Virus record (IMG/VR): IMGVR_UViG_3300022552_000005
Location: 15,805 to 79,804 of that record
Reading direction: 5' to 3' (one strand)
Origin: a virus
Lineage: Duplodnaviria; Caudoviricetes
Length of the DNA: 64,000 nt
Part shown: in pieces, positions 1-8,850 of the stretch
Layout of the letters: each line of letters opens with the position of its first letter
Numbering within the stretch: the stretch's first letter is position 1
The notes under the pieces: model-generated
Database searches by the model: none
What the model saw: only the letters and a program-made list of their open reading frames with translations
What the model was told of the DNA's origin: nothing
Program-made: the position numbers and the translations under genes

Positions 1-1
1 A

Positions 2-313
2 GAAGCCGCCGCGATTATTAAAAATGCAAAACTCTTTGTGGGGTTGGACGGCGCATTAGCCCATATTGCCGCATGTTTTGAAATTCCGTCGGTTGTTGTA
101 TTTACTTTCACGAATATTATAAAAAATCTGCCATTGAATCGAAACTTACTAGTGGTGGCTAAGAATTGTCCAAAACGCACGACATGTCAACATGGAAATT
201 GGGCAAAATGCGAGAGTAGATTCTGCCGCAGGATTAGCGCTAAAGATATTGTAAGTAAAATCCGCGAATTGCGCAATATCGATGCTGTTATTAATTGGAA
301 TTCGTCAGAGTAA
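2..313 (+). CDS. Glycosyltransferase family 9 (heptosyltransferase-like), C-terminal part; 5' truncated by window
   Basis: Frame open from window start: EAAAIIKNAKLFVGLDGALAHIAA resembles the GT9 'fvg.DSG..HlAaa' motif. Confidence 0.7.
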   Translation, partial: EAAAIIKNAKLFVGLDGALAHIAACFEIPSVVVFTFTNIIKNLPLNRNLLVVAKNCPKRTTCQHGNWAKCESRFCRRISAKDIVSKIRELRNIDAVINWNSSE

Positions 314-315
314 AA

Positions 316-1293
316 ATGAAAATTTTATTGATCGGCTCGTATTACAAGAATCAGTTTCACGGTGCTGAGGTTGGTATCTATAATGCTTTAAAGAAATTAG
401 AACATAAAGTTGACATTCTTGATTTGCAAGCTACCCAAGGAAAATTTGGCGACTCTATTGTCTATAATCAAAACCTCAACGAATTAGCCGAACACGCCGG
501 AAAGTATGATTTTATTTTAGTTGTTGGCGCAGGTATTAACCCTGACCGTTTAACTGATAAAGTAAAGTCGCTTCTTGCCAATCATGTCACGGTTGTCTGG
601 AATTCTGAGCCGATTAGATTAAATAACTATCGTGATCGTTTATTGTTACAGAAACATTATTATAATTTCTTTTTTACTTTTGATGAAGGTGAAATTCCTC
701 TATATTTGAAAAACGAAATGCGCCCGTGTTATTTTTTGCCGCAAGCGTTTAATCCAGATTGGTATCGCCCAATAGATATTGAAAATAAAGAATTTATTTG
801 TTTTGTGGGATCGGTTGGTGGGAAATGGGTAAACCGACACTTTTTACTTCAGCGAATTAAAAAGATTACGCGCATTTATACGACAATGACATTCAACGCC
901 GAACATGTAAATAAAATATACAATATGCATTGGTGCGGCATCAATCTAGGGCTTTACCATGAAGAGCTTGGTCCGCCACCGTATTTAAGTTCATATGGAT
1001 ATCAACAACGCATTTTTGAATTAATCGGTGCTGGCTGTATTCCAATTACTAACCTTCCCGCGGATTTTGATCGAACGCCTGAACAACGACGCATGTTTAC
1101 AAATAAAAAGAATATAATTTTTTATACAAATGATTCATTAGAGGCAATATTAAAGTATTATCGCGACAACCAAGACAAACTTCAGGAAATCCGAGAAAGC
1201 GTCCTTCAAATTCGCGAAAATCATACTTATGAAGCACGTATGAAAACGATGGTTAAATTGCTTGAGAAAGGAAGGTTTTCTCATGTCCAGTGA
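316..1293 (+). CDS. GT-B fold glycosyltransferase (CgeB/Glyco_trans_1_2-like)
   Basis: MKILLIG start (ATG 316; ORF track starts at 295); 'FLPQAFNPDWYRP', 'FVGS', 'QRIFELIGAG', 'NHTYEARM' are typical of CgeB-like GTs. Confidence 0.75.
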   Translation: MKILLIGSYYKNQFHGAEVGIYNALKKLEHKVDILDLQATQGKFGDSIVYNQNLNELAEHAGKYDFILVVGAGINPDRLTDKVKSLLANHVTVVWNSEPIRLNNYRDRLLLQKHYYNFFFTFDEGEIPLYLKNEMRPCYFLPQAFNPDWYRPIDIENKEFICFVGSVGGKWVNRHFLLQRIKKITRIYTTMTFNAEHVNKIYNMHWCGINLGLYHEELGPPPYLSSYGYQQRIFELIGAGCIPITNLPADFDRTPEQRRMFTNKKNIIFYTNDSLEAILKYYRDNQDKLQEIRESVLQIRENHTYEARMKTMVKLLEKGRFSHVQ

Positions 1294-1696
1294 TAGCTAT
1301 GCGCGTTCTCCTAATAAAAAGAAAATCAAATTAACATGGTCACACGTTGAAAAATTATTACTCAAACCGCTTATTAATAAATTAAAGAATTACAAATTTG
1401 ACGAGATTTTTGCCGTTTCTCGTGGAGGGTTAATTCCTGGTGTTTACTTAAGTCATGTCTTTAAAAAGCCGCTACGCGTAATCGAACCATGGCAAACGCC
1501 TTCTATTAGACGACACACCCTAATTATTGACGATGTGGTCGATACAGATTACACATATGAACATATTATGTCCGAAATAATACAACATCATGATAAGATA
1601 ACTTTTGCGGCGCTAGTCAAAAAACCGTGGTCAAAAGCTAATGTTGTATATGGGACGGTGATGAATGAGTGGGTCGTTTTTCCCTGGGAACAGTAA
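1283..1696 (+). CDS. Type I phosphoribosyltransferase (xanthine/guanine PRTase-like)
   Basis: '[11 protein letters not shown]', PRPP-binding loop 'LIIDDVVDT', C-terminal 'WVVFPWE'; start uncertain (1262 or 1283). Confidence 0.8.
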   Translation: MSSDSYARSPNKKKIKLTWSHVEKLLLKPLINKLKNYKFDEIFAVSRGGLIPGVYLSHVFKKPLRVIEPWQTPSIRRHTLIIDDVVDTDYTYEHIMSEIIQHHDKITFAALVKKPWSKANVVYGTVMNEWVVFPWEQ

Positions 1697-2288
1697 AGTA
1701 ATTCTTGGCGATTGTTTTGAAGTTATAAAGAACTTTCCCGATAATAGTATTGATTTAATTTTTACTGATCCACCTTACCTTAAAAAATATCTTCCTCTCT
1801 ATAAACGTATGGCTGAAGAATTTCCACGAATTATGAAAGATGGTGCATCATTAGTTACAATTGTTGGGCATTATGCTATCCCATATGTCCTTGAAGTTTT
1901 TAAAAACAAACTAAAATATCGCTGGATTTTATGCCTTAACCAATTTGATGGCAAACATGCACGTATGGCAATGGGAATTGAAGTTATGTGGAAACCAATG
2001 TTGTGGTTTGTCAAACGTGCTTACCCACACGGTCGCGGATTTCTAAGAGATGGTATTAAAATTACCGGCACAGCAGGACAAACCAAACATCATCATAAAT
2101 GGGAACAGGATATTAGTTGGTGTGAGTATTATGTTAAACGTCTTTGTCCAGAAAACGGGGTTGTTCTTGATCCGTTTTGTGGATCAGGAACTGTTGGAGT
2201 CGCCTGTCAGAAGCTGGGAAGAAGGTTTATTCTAATTGATAATGACGAAAAAGCAATCAAAACAACCCGACAGCGATTGGGTATGTAA
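1665..2288 (+). CDS. DNA methyltransferase, N4-C/N6-A beta class
   Basis: '[22 protein letters not shown]' and '[10 protein letters not shown]'. Confidence 0.9.
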   Translation: MSGSFFPGNSKVILGDCFEVIKNFPDNSIDLIFTDPPYLKKYLPLYKRMAEEFPRIMKDGASLVTIVGHYAIPYVLEVFKNKLKYRWILCLNQFDGKHARMAMGIEVMWKPMLWFVKRAYPHGRGFLRDGIKITGTAGQTKHHHKWEQDISWCEYYVKRLCPENGVVLDPFCGSGTVGVACQKLGRRFILIDNDEKAIKTTRQRLGM

Positions 2289-3090
2289 ACCACTATTAGG
2301 TTGGGTAGGAAGTAAGCGCCGCCTATTACCTGTATTATTAAAATACACACCTTACCGTAAATATTTATGCGAGGCGTTTGCTGGAAGCGCAGCGCTTTAT
2401 TTTGGCTCAACATTTAAAAGGGCATTTTTGAACGATGTAGATCTTTATCTTATCAGATTCTATGATGCACTAAGAAAATACCCTGAACAAATCATTGAAC
2501 GTTTCAAACAATTATCAGATAAAATTGATAAAGATTCATACCTCAAATCACGAGAAAACAATTTTCTTCATCTTGAAAACAAACAAAAAATTATTGATTT
2601 TGCGGCGCATTTTTGGTATTGGAACAAGTTGGCATTTTCCAGCGTAATGCATTTTAATAAAAAAGGATTTTTCAGCGTTCCATATCGTCCACGAAAAACG
2701 CCATTAAAAGTCAACATAGAACAAATTAATATTATCGTTAAAAAACTCCGCAATGCTAAATTATACAATAAAGACTTTCGTGAATTTCTATCATCTTTCT
2801 TAAAGTGCAACGCATTGGATCGTATCGTGTTCTATATCGATCCTCCTTATATCAAAACTCATGCATCGTATGCAGATAAGTGGACCAATAAAGACATTGA
2901 AGATCTGGTCAAAATCTGCACAGAATTAAAAAATAAGGGCGCTTTTTTATTAATATCTGGCAATAAGATTACTGCCGACGCTTTTGTCGAGGCGGGATGG
3001 AAAATAGAAGAAATATTCAAATTGTGGCATTGTTGCAACCCGGCAAGAAACATGAATTTGAAAGAAGAGTTCATTTTATCATCGAGGTAA
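2236..3090 (+). CDS. Dam-like (D12 class) N6-adenine DNA methyltransferase
   Basis: '[11 protein letters not shown]', 'EAFAGSAA', 'LNDVD', 'YIDPPY'. Confidence 0.88.
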   Translation: MIMTKKQSKQPDSDWVCKPLLGWVGSKRRLLPVLLKYTPYRKYLCEAFAGSAALYFGSTFKRAFLNDVDLYLIRFYDALRKYPEQIIERFKQLSDKIDKDSYLKSRENNFLHLENKQKIIDFAAHFWYWNKLAFSSVMHFNKKGFFSVPYRPRKTPLKVNIEQINIIVKKLRNAKLYNKDFREFLSSFLKCNALDRIVFYIDPPYIKTHASYADKWTNKDIEDLVKICTELKNKGAFLLISGNKITADAFVEAGWKIEEIFKLWHCCNPARNMNLKEEFILSSR

Positions 3091-3094
3091 ATAC

Positions 3095-4045
3095 ATGGAA
3101 ACTGCCACTCTCATAACCGGCGGATTGGGGTTTATCGGATTAAATCTTCTCAAATTTATCAAGGCTGACCGAATTATTGTCGTTGATAATTTCAAATGTG
3201 CTGGAAGTATACGGCACATTAATAAACACATTTTATTTCTTGAAGGAGATGTGACTGATAAAAAATTCGTGCGGATGTTGTCTATTTACCCAATTAATAA
3301 GATTTATCACCTGGCAAGCATCGCATCACCGAAATTCTATAAAAAATTTCCCATTGATACAATCATGACTAACGTGATTGGTACGTTAAATATATGCGAA
3401 TTAGCTTTGACCTGCAAGGCGCGCCTTTTGTTAAGTAGTACGAGCGAAATCTATGGACAACCAGAGGTCCATCCACAGCCAGAAAGCTATTTTGGGCATC
3501 GTAATACTGTCGGTGATCGGTCTTGCTATGATTGTTCTAAAGCCGTAGCAGAAACAATAGTTTACGAATATACTAAAAAAGGTCTAAATGCTGTTATTGC
3601 TCGCATTTTTAATACTTATGGACCTTATATGCGCCCTGATGATGGGCGTGTGATTAGCGAATTTATTTGTCGCGCAATAATAGGGAAACCGCTTATTATC
3701 CATAACGGCGGCAACCAAACGCGCAGCTTTTGTTATGTTGATGATCTTTGCAAAGGACTAATCTTACTTATGGAAAAGGGCAAAGATTTAGTTTATAATG
3801 TCGGTAACGACCAAGCGGAAATAACCATCAATCAACTGGCGGATTTAATTGAGGCAAGGTTAAATAAAAAATTGGAGCGCAAATATATCGACGTACAAGA
3901 TAACGATCCTGTGGTTCGCCGTCCAGATTTGACAAAAATCAGACAATTGGGCTATAAGCCACAAGTTGAAATTGAGCAAGGACTTAGGAAAACTATTAAA
4001 TATTTCAGGAAGCAATGGACTGGAAAAACATTCAAGGAATATTAA
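3095..4045 (+). CDS. uxs: UDP-glucuronic acid decarboxylase (UDP-xylose synthase)-like SDR
   Basis: 'ITGGLGFIG', 'HLASIASP', 'TNVIGT', 'STSEIYG', 'RSCYDCSK', 'ARIFNTYGP.M..DDGRVIS', 'DP..RRPD' match the UXS subfamily signature. Confidence 0.85.
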   Translation: METATLITGGLGFIGLNLLKFIKADRIIVVDNFKCAGSIRHINKHILFLEGDVTDKKFVRMLSIYPINKIYHLASIASPKFYKKFPIDTIMTNVIGTLNICELALTCKARLLLSSTSEIYGQPEVHPQPESYFGHRNTVGDRSCYDCSKAVAETIVYEYTKKGLNAVIARIFNTYGPYMRPDDGRVISEFICRAIIGKPLIIHNGGNQTRSFCYVDDLCKGLILLMEKGKDLVYNVGNDQAEITINQLADLIEARLNKKLERKYIDVQDNDPVVRRPDLTKIRQLGYKPQVEIEQGLRKTIKYFRKQWTGKTFKEY

Positions 4046-4057
4046 TCGATAAAGAGA

Positions 4058-4822
4058 GTGACAATGCTAATTATAGGCGATAGTCACTTCATCCCCCTCA
4101 AAAATAATAGCGTCCACCTTATTATTACATCGCCCCCATATTGGAATATCAAAGATTACGGCTGTCCCAACCAAATCGGATTCGGACAAACCCTAGATGA
4201 ATACTATCAAAGTTTAAAAACTGTCTGGCAAGAATGTTGGCGGGTACTTCAACCTGGAAGAAAATTGTGCATCAATATTGGCGATCAATTTTGTCGCGCT
4301 AAAACTTTCGGCAAGTATAAAGTCATTCCGCTTCACGCCAATGTAATTATTCAGTGCGAACAGATTGGGCTCGACTATTTAGGGGCGATTATTTGGCAGA
4401 AAAAAACGACCATGAAGACCAGCGGCGGGGCAGTGATTATGGGCTCCTACCCCTATCCGCCGAACGGGATCGTCGAGATTGACTATGAATTTATTTTAAT
4501 TTTTAAAAAGCCTGGCAAACCACCGAAAATTGATAAAACTATTAAAGACAAATCCAAACTCACTAAAGAAGAATGGAAAAAACTATTCCGCGGACATTGG
4601 AATTTCGGCGGGGCAAAACAAAAGGAACATATTGCAATGTTCCCCGAGGAATTGCCGCAGCGATTGATTAAAATGTTCTCGTTTTATGGAGAAACAATAT
4701 TGGATCCTTTTGTCGGTAGTGGAACAACCATTAAAGTCGCCAATGAGCTTGGGCGAAAAGGAGTCGGAATCGAGATTAATAAAGAGTTCATACCAATCAT
4801 TCGCGAGAAAATAGCACAATGA
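4058..4822 (+). CDS. DNA methyltransferase, beta class (probably N4-cytosine)
   Basis: 'IITSPPY' catalytic motif, 'HIAMFPEELPQRLI', 'ILDPFVGSGTT'. Confidence 0.9.
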   Translation: MTMLIIGDSHFIPLKNNSVHLIITSPPYWNIKDYGCPNQIGFGQTLDEYYQSLKTVWQECWRVLQPGRKLCINIGDQFCRAKTFGKYKVIPLHANVIIQCEQIGLDYLGAIIWQKKTTMKTSGGAVIMGSYPYPPNGIVEIDYEFILIFKKPGKPPKIDKTIKDKSKLTKEEWKKLFRGHWNFGGAKQKEHIAMFPEELPQRLIKMFSFYGETILDPFVGSGTTIKVANELGRKGVGIEINKEFIPIIREKIAQ

Positions 4823-5667
4823 CATTGTTTCGTTATCCCGGCGGGAAATCTCGCCTCAAGAAACACATTCTGCCAATTCTTAAAAGCTGGGCAAAGGAAT
4901 TAAAAAATTTTGTTTATATTGAGCCATTCTTCGGCGGCGGTGCAATCGGACTGGAATTTTTACATCATTGTCCGCGTGCGATTTTAAACGATGTTGATTT
5001 TAATATCTTTGCCGTTTGGTGGACTGTGAAACATAATCACACAGAATTAATCAATAAAATCGCCAATTACCAGCCGAAAGTAAAAGATTTTTATAATTTC
5101 CAAAAGTTTCTACTGAATCCGCCCCATGATTATAACAGACTTACTGAAATTGCTTTCAAAAAAATCGCCATTCATCAAATGTCCTACTCCGGTTTGGGTG
5201 AAATGGCTGGTGGTCCAATCGGCGGGAAAAATCAGCGGTCAAAATATCAAATCGACTGTCGCTGGAAGCCGCTTACTTTAATTAAAAAAATTGCTAAATA
5301 TCATCGATTATTAAACTCTGCATGCAAACTGGGGGTTTCGATTATTAATTTCGATTTCAAAAAATTAAACTTTAACAATTTGCGCATGAGAATGATCGAC
5401 GAAAATGCAATTATTTATTTGGATCCGCCCTACATTGAAGAGGGAAACGAGTTATATCGGTGTTCGTTTACTATCGATGACCACGAAAAACTATCTGCAA
5501 TTTTACGCTCCCTTCCCGCTGAATGTCGATGGCTACTGTCATATAAGTGGCATCCATTACTCAAAGAACTGTACCCTGATTGTGAAATAAAATTCATACA
5601 ACTAACGTCAACAGTGAACAGCAAAAATCCAAAGGTAAACACAGAATGTTTAATCAGCCGCTCGTAA
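4819..5667 (+). CDS. Dam-like (D12 class) N6-adenine DNA methyltransferase
   Basis: 'FRYPGGKSRL', 'EPFFGGGA', 'LNDVD', 'YLDPPY'. Confidence 0.9.
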   Translation: MTLFRYPGGKSRLKKHILPILKSWAKELKNFVYIEPFFGGGAIGLEFLHHCPRAILNDVDFNIFAVWWTVKHNHTELINKIANYQPKVKDFYNFQKFLLNPPHDYNRLTEIAFKKIAIHQMSYSGLGEMAGGPIGGKNQRSKYQIDCRWKPLTLIKKIAKYHRLLNSACKLGVSIINFDFKKLNFNNLRMRMIDENAIIYLDPPYIEEGNELYRCSFTIDDHEKLSAILRSLPAECRWLLSYKWHPLLKELYPDCEIKFIQLTSTVNSKNPKVNTECLISRS

Positions 5668-6164
5668 AAATCTTTGGCAAGCGATATGCATTATGCGAAT
5701 TCGCAGCACAACGAATGTGGTCTCACAATAAAAACGATAAAAACGAAATACAAAAATACAATCGTGGGCTATTAAACAGCAATAACGATCCTTATCTAAC
5801 CGAGCGAACCGGAAGACTTGGTGAAATGGCGGTGTGCTTGTTCCTCAACAACGATAAAATGGATGTCACTTATCGTCCATTCGGTGATCGGGGCGACCTT
5901 ATAATAAGTAAAAGAGTACTCGAAGTTAAAACAGCACGACATAACTACGGCGAGTTATTGGTGCGTCATATCAGCAGCGGCGGAAAGATTGTTCCAATCA
6001 AAAGCGATCTTTTCATTGCTGCGACCGTTGAATTTGAAAATAAGGTTAAAAAATACGCGATGATTAAGTTGGTTGGTTGGATAGATTTTGAAAATTTCAT
6101 CAAAAAAGCAAAATTAAAGCCTGCAAAGCGCGGAAAACACATCAATTTTGGTTATTCGCCATAA
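5646..6164 (+). CDS. Putative PD-(D/E)XK endonuclease
   Basis: 'GRLGEMAV', 'GDRGDL', 'LEVKT' fit the E...D...ExK arrangement; overlaps the upstream MTase. Confidence 0.5.
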   Translation: MFNQPLVKIFGKRYALCEFAAQRMWSHNKNDKNEIQKYNRGLLNSNNDPYLTERTGRLGEMAVCLFLNNDKMDVTYRPFGDRGDLIISKRVLEVKTARHNYGELLVRHISSGGKIVPIKSDLFIAATVEFENKVKKYAMIKLVGWIDFENFIKKAKLKPAKRGKHINFGYSP

Positions 6165-6405
6165 TGAACTATTTTCAATAGGAGCCCTGCAATCACGTTT
6201 GTCTGAATCAATTATTAAGAAGAAAAAAGTAAATCAAAACGTTGTCTATTACATTCGTTTACCATATATTTGTTTCACATTGTCAGTAACAAAAAATACT
6301 GTTATTGATGCCCCACCAGTTGCCAAATGGTCTATTGGAAAAAACGTCAGCAAGGTGATTAAATATTATTTAAATAAAAAAGCGGAAATTTCGATTATTA
6401 ATTAA
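6148..6405 (+). CDS. Small hypothetical protein
   Basis: 85-aa ORF filling the space to the terminator; no motif recognised. Confidence 0.45.
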   Translation: MVIRHNELFSIGALQSRLSESIIKKKKVNQNVVYYIRLPYICFTLSVTKNTVIDAPPVAKWSIGKNVSKVIKYYLNKKAEISIIN

Positions 6406-6426
6406 AAAAAGCCTGCCGAAGCGGGC
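6404..6426 (-). terminator. Intrinsic terminator at the convergence of the two transcription blocks
   Basis: Minus strand GCCCGC-TTCG-GCAGGC-TTTTTTT (cUUCGg loop, one mismatch; pairs via G:U on the plus strand). Confidence 0.7.
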
Positions 6427-6444
6427 TCATTATTCTCATCAGCA

Positions 6445-7083
6445 TCATGCGTATTGAAACCGGAAACAGAACGTAAAATCGTCTATCCAACCAACCGCAT
6501 TGGCTTTACAACTAATGGCGCACCACCATTTATGCTCGTTTTGGTTGGCTTGATAACCAGTAGAGGGCGAATGATCGACAAAATTGATACCATTATAAAT
6601 TGTATTCATTAACGACCATTCAGTAATATTGCCCAGTCCGGATGGATTAATTTCAAATCCATAAACCGTTACATCTGTTGGATTATCATAAAAACTACCA
6701 TATTTTTGAAATACAAACAATTTGGCATTATAAGTACTAACCTGCAAATCACCCGAGGCGCGGAACCAAATCAATAGGGTTCCCGAGGACGTATGGAGCT
6801 CATCTTGATAGTCGCTAATGTCTTTTCGTCCCCAGCCAGATGTAGCTACCCCTGATTGATCGATATATTTATTATTAACAAGCGCGCCCCATACGTTTGG
6901 ATCTCTATGCCCTGAAGCGTCTACTATCCACGTAGAATCATTAAAATGCCCAACAATAATAGCGTCATTAACGCCATTTGGACCGAAAAATCCCATATGG
7001 TCATATTGACCTTCGCCCAAATGGCTGATCATTAGCCCAGAATTATGACAGGCATGAAAAGTTATAACACCAGACGTAGCCAT
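6445..7083 (-). CDS. Putative virion structural protein (Ser-Gly rich)
   Basis: 212 aa, beta-rich composition, strong RBS AAGGAGG, last gene of the structural module. Confidence 0.55.
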   Translation of the reverse strand: MATSGVITFHACHNSGLMISHLGEGQYDHMGFFGPNGVNDAIIVGHFNDSTWIVDASGHRDPNVWGALVNNKYIDQSGVATSGWGRKDISDYQDELHTSSGTLLIWFRASGDLQVSTYNAKLFVFQKYGSFYDNPTDVTVYGFEINPSGLGNITEWSLMNTIYNGINFVDHSPSTGYQANQNEHKWWCAISCKANAVGWIDDFTFCFRFQYA

Positions 7084-7098
7084 TTTTTCCTCCTTTAT

Positions 7099-7110
7099 TT
7101 AATACGTTTT
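7099..7110 (-). promoter_or_regulatory. Candidate late promoter motif AAAACGTATTAA
   Basis: Intergenic; identical copy at 35675-35686, variants at 44224-44235 and 48274-48285. Confidence 0.5.
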
Positions 7111-8850
7111 TTAATCATAAAATTCTTCCGGGCGGTGAATATTGTCGTCTAAAATTGCCACATAATTAATAGTAGCTACCGGAAAACAGTCTTGACAGTT
7201 AAGGAAAAATTGCTCTCTAAGATAATTATATTTCTCTAATAGATTCCCCCTGCTGCAAGCATAAGGCGGAAAAATGGTTTGACATGATTTTCTAGTTACA
7301 ACGCCCAATGTAATATTAGTTAAAACATTTAAGCCAAAACTCTCTTTATGTAGCATAGCGTCCCATAAATAGCCCCTAAAAGGCAAAGAATTAAAGCTTA
7401 ATATGGGGTAACCGCAGGTGGCAGATGACATTCCCCAGTAAGGATGGTCACCAATTGATCCATATGAATGACGTGTTACATACCCATAGAATCCACAAGT
7501 CCGCGATTGGCTAGTTGGGTCTCCCCCCGCAGTACCACCGCCATCTACAATTAATTCACTAAATTTATGATAGTAAAAATAAGCATCGGGCACCTGGGGC
7601 ACATCAATCATTGCTAACTTATAAATATCTACATTAAGTTTGGGATAACCGTAAAATATTTTACTTTTAGCACTGTGTGTTACTGATGGACTACAGCCCC
7701 AATGCTTTCCTTTAATATAGCAACGCTTTCCATAATAATCATCTGGTATGATTAAAGTTACTCCACCATTACTATGAGAAATAACATGATTCATTACCCC
7801 CCATTTCCCAGATCTTTCAAAGAAAAATGCTTTTCTAATAGGAGACGTAAAATAAGTCTGCGAACATACTTGTGGCAAACCAGCAAAACCATAATTTGTC
7901 CACGTTCGTGAAACATATGGGCGTCCATCCAGTTCGGGATAATGGGGCATAAAATTTTCAACTATTGGTGGCTGAAAACGCAACATTTGAATGACAAAAG
8001 ATATTATAAACCACAAAATACGTTTATGATCTGTAATAATATAATTACCATCAGCGTCTTTTCCAGGTAAATATCGACTATCTGGAGATTTGCTATAAAA
8101 ACAAAGCCCCATTAAAGCGACCAACTCATCAAAAGAGAGCGCCCACTGTCCGGCGCGCATACGTTCAAACAATGGCAATTCTTGTAATTTTTTCTTAGCG
8201 GTTGCAAAAGCATCAACCAAAATCTGCCGCGCAGGATGTGATGGAGACGGAATATAATAATTAAATTTATTAAACGTTTTGAACAAAGCTTCACCACTAA
8301 TATTCTCGGGGAAATTATAGAAAGGAATACCATCTAATTTAGGTATTTTGCATGAATCTGGATATTTATTATATAAGCCAGGTGAAACAATACGCCATTT
8401 TCCATAGTATGGTGCATTAAAACAACGCCCAAAGTGCGCTCTTAATGAATCTGGAGGAACGATTATTTCTTCGATTGCCTGTTTAATTTCCTCTACATAA
8501 TATGGAAAAGCACCAATAGGAATTTGTCCATTAAGATAGGAATATCCTTTCGTTGGATAGAATTTTCCTTTTATAATACCGCGATCGTCATATAAATTAA
8601 ACTGCCGTTCACTTTTCTTTAACCAAAGTTTGCGATATTGATTAATATACCACATTATTTCCTCTAAATATCTACCATCAATTGGCAAATAAAGGTAATC
8701 TTTTTCCTGGAAATACCAGCCGGTTGATATATTCAATCGCGCAGGCAATAAAAATGGCTGAGGTGGTGAATAATCAAACGCACGATATGGTGGCATTTTT
8801 ACATCTCTCCATATGGAGTAAACACTGGTTTCTGTATAATAACAAACCAA
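7111..8850 (-). CDS. Hypothetical protein, tail-tip region
   Basis: 579-aa Tyr/Pro/Cys-rich ORF co-oriented with tail genes. Confidence 0.45.
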   Translation of the reverse strand: MVCYYTETSVYSIWRDVKMPPYRAFDYSPPQPFLLPARLNISTGWYFQEKDYLYLPIDGRYLEEIMWYINQYRKLWLKKSERQFNLYDDRGIIKGKFYPTKGYSYLNGQIPIGAFPYYVEEIKQAIEEIIVPPDSLRAHFGRCFNAPYYGKWRIVSPGLYNKYPDSCKIPKLDGIPFYNFPENISGEALFKTFNKFNYYIPSPSHPARQILVDAFATAKKKLQELPLFERMRAGQWALSFDELVALMGLCFYSKSPDSRYLPGKDADGNYIITDHKRILWFIISFVIQMLRFQPPIVENFMPHYPELDGRPYVSRTWTNYGFAGLPQVCSQTYFTSPIRKAFFFERSGKWGVMNHVISHSNGGVTLIIPDDYYGKRCYIKGKHWGCSPSVTHSAKSKIFYGYPKLNVDIYKLAMIDVPQVPDAYFYYHKFSELIVDGGGTAGGDPTSQSRTCGFYGYVTRHSYGSIGDHPYWGMSSATCGYPILSFNSLPFRGYLWDAMLHKESFGLNVLTNITLGVVTRKSCQTIFPPYACSRGNLLEKYNYLREQFFLNCQDCFPVATINYVAILDDNIHRPEEFYD

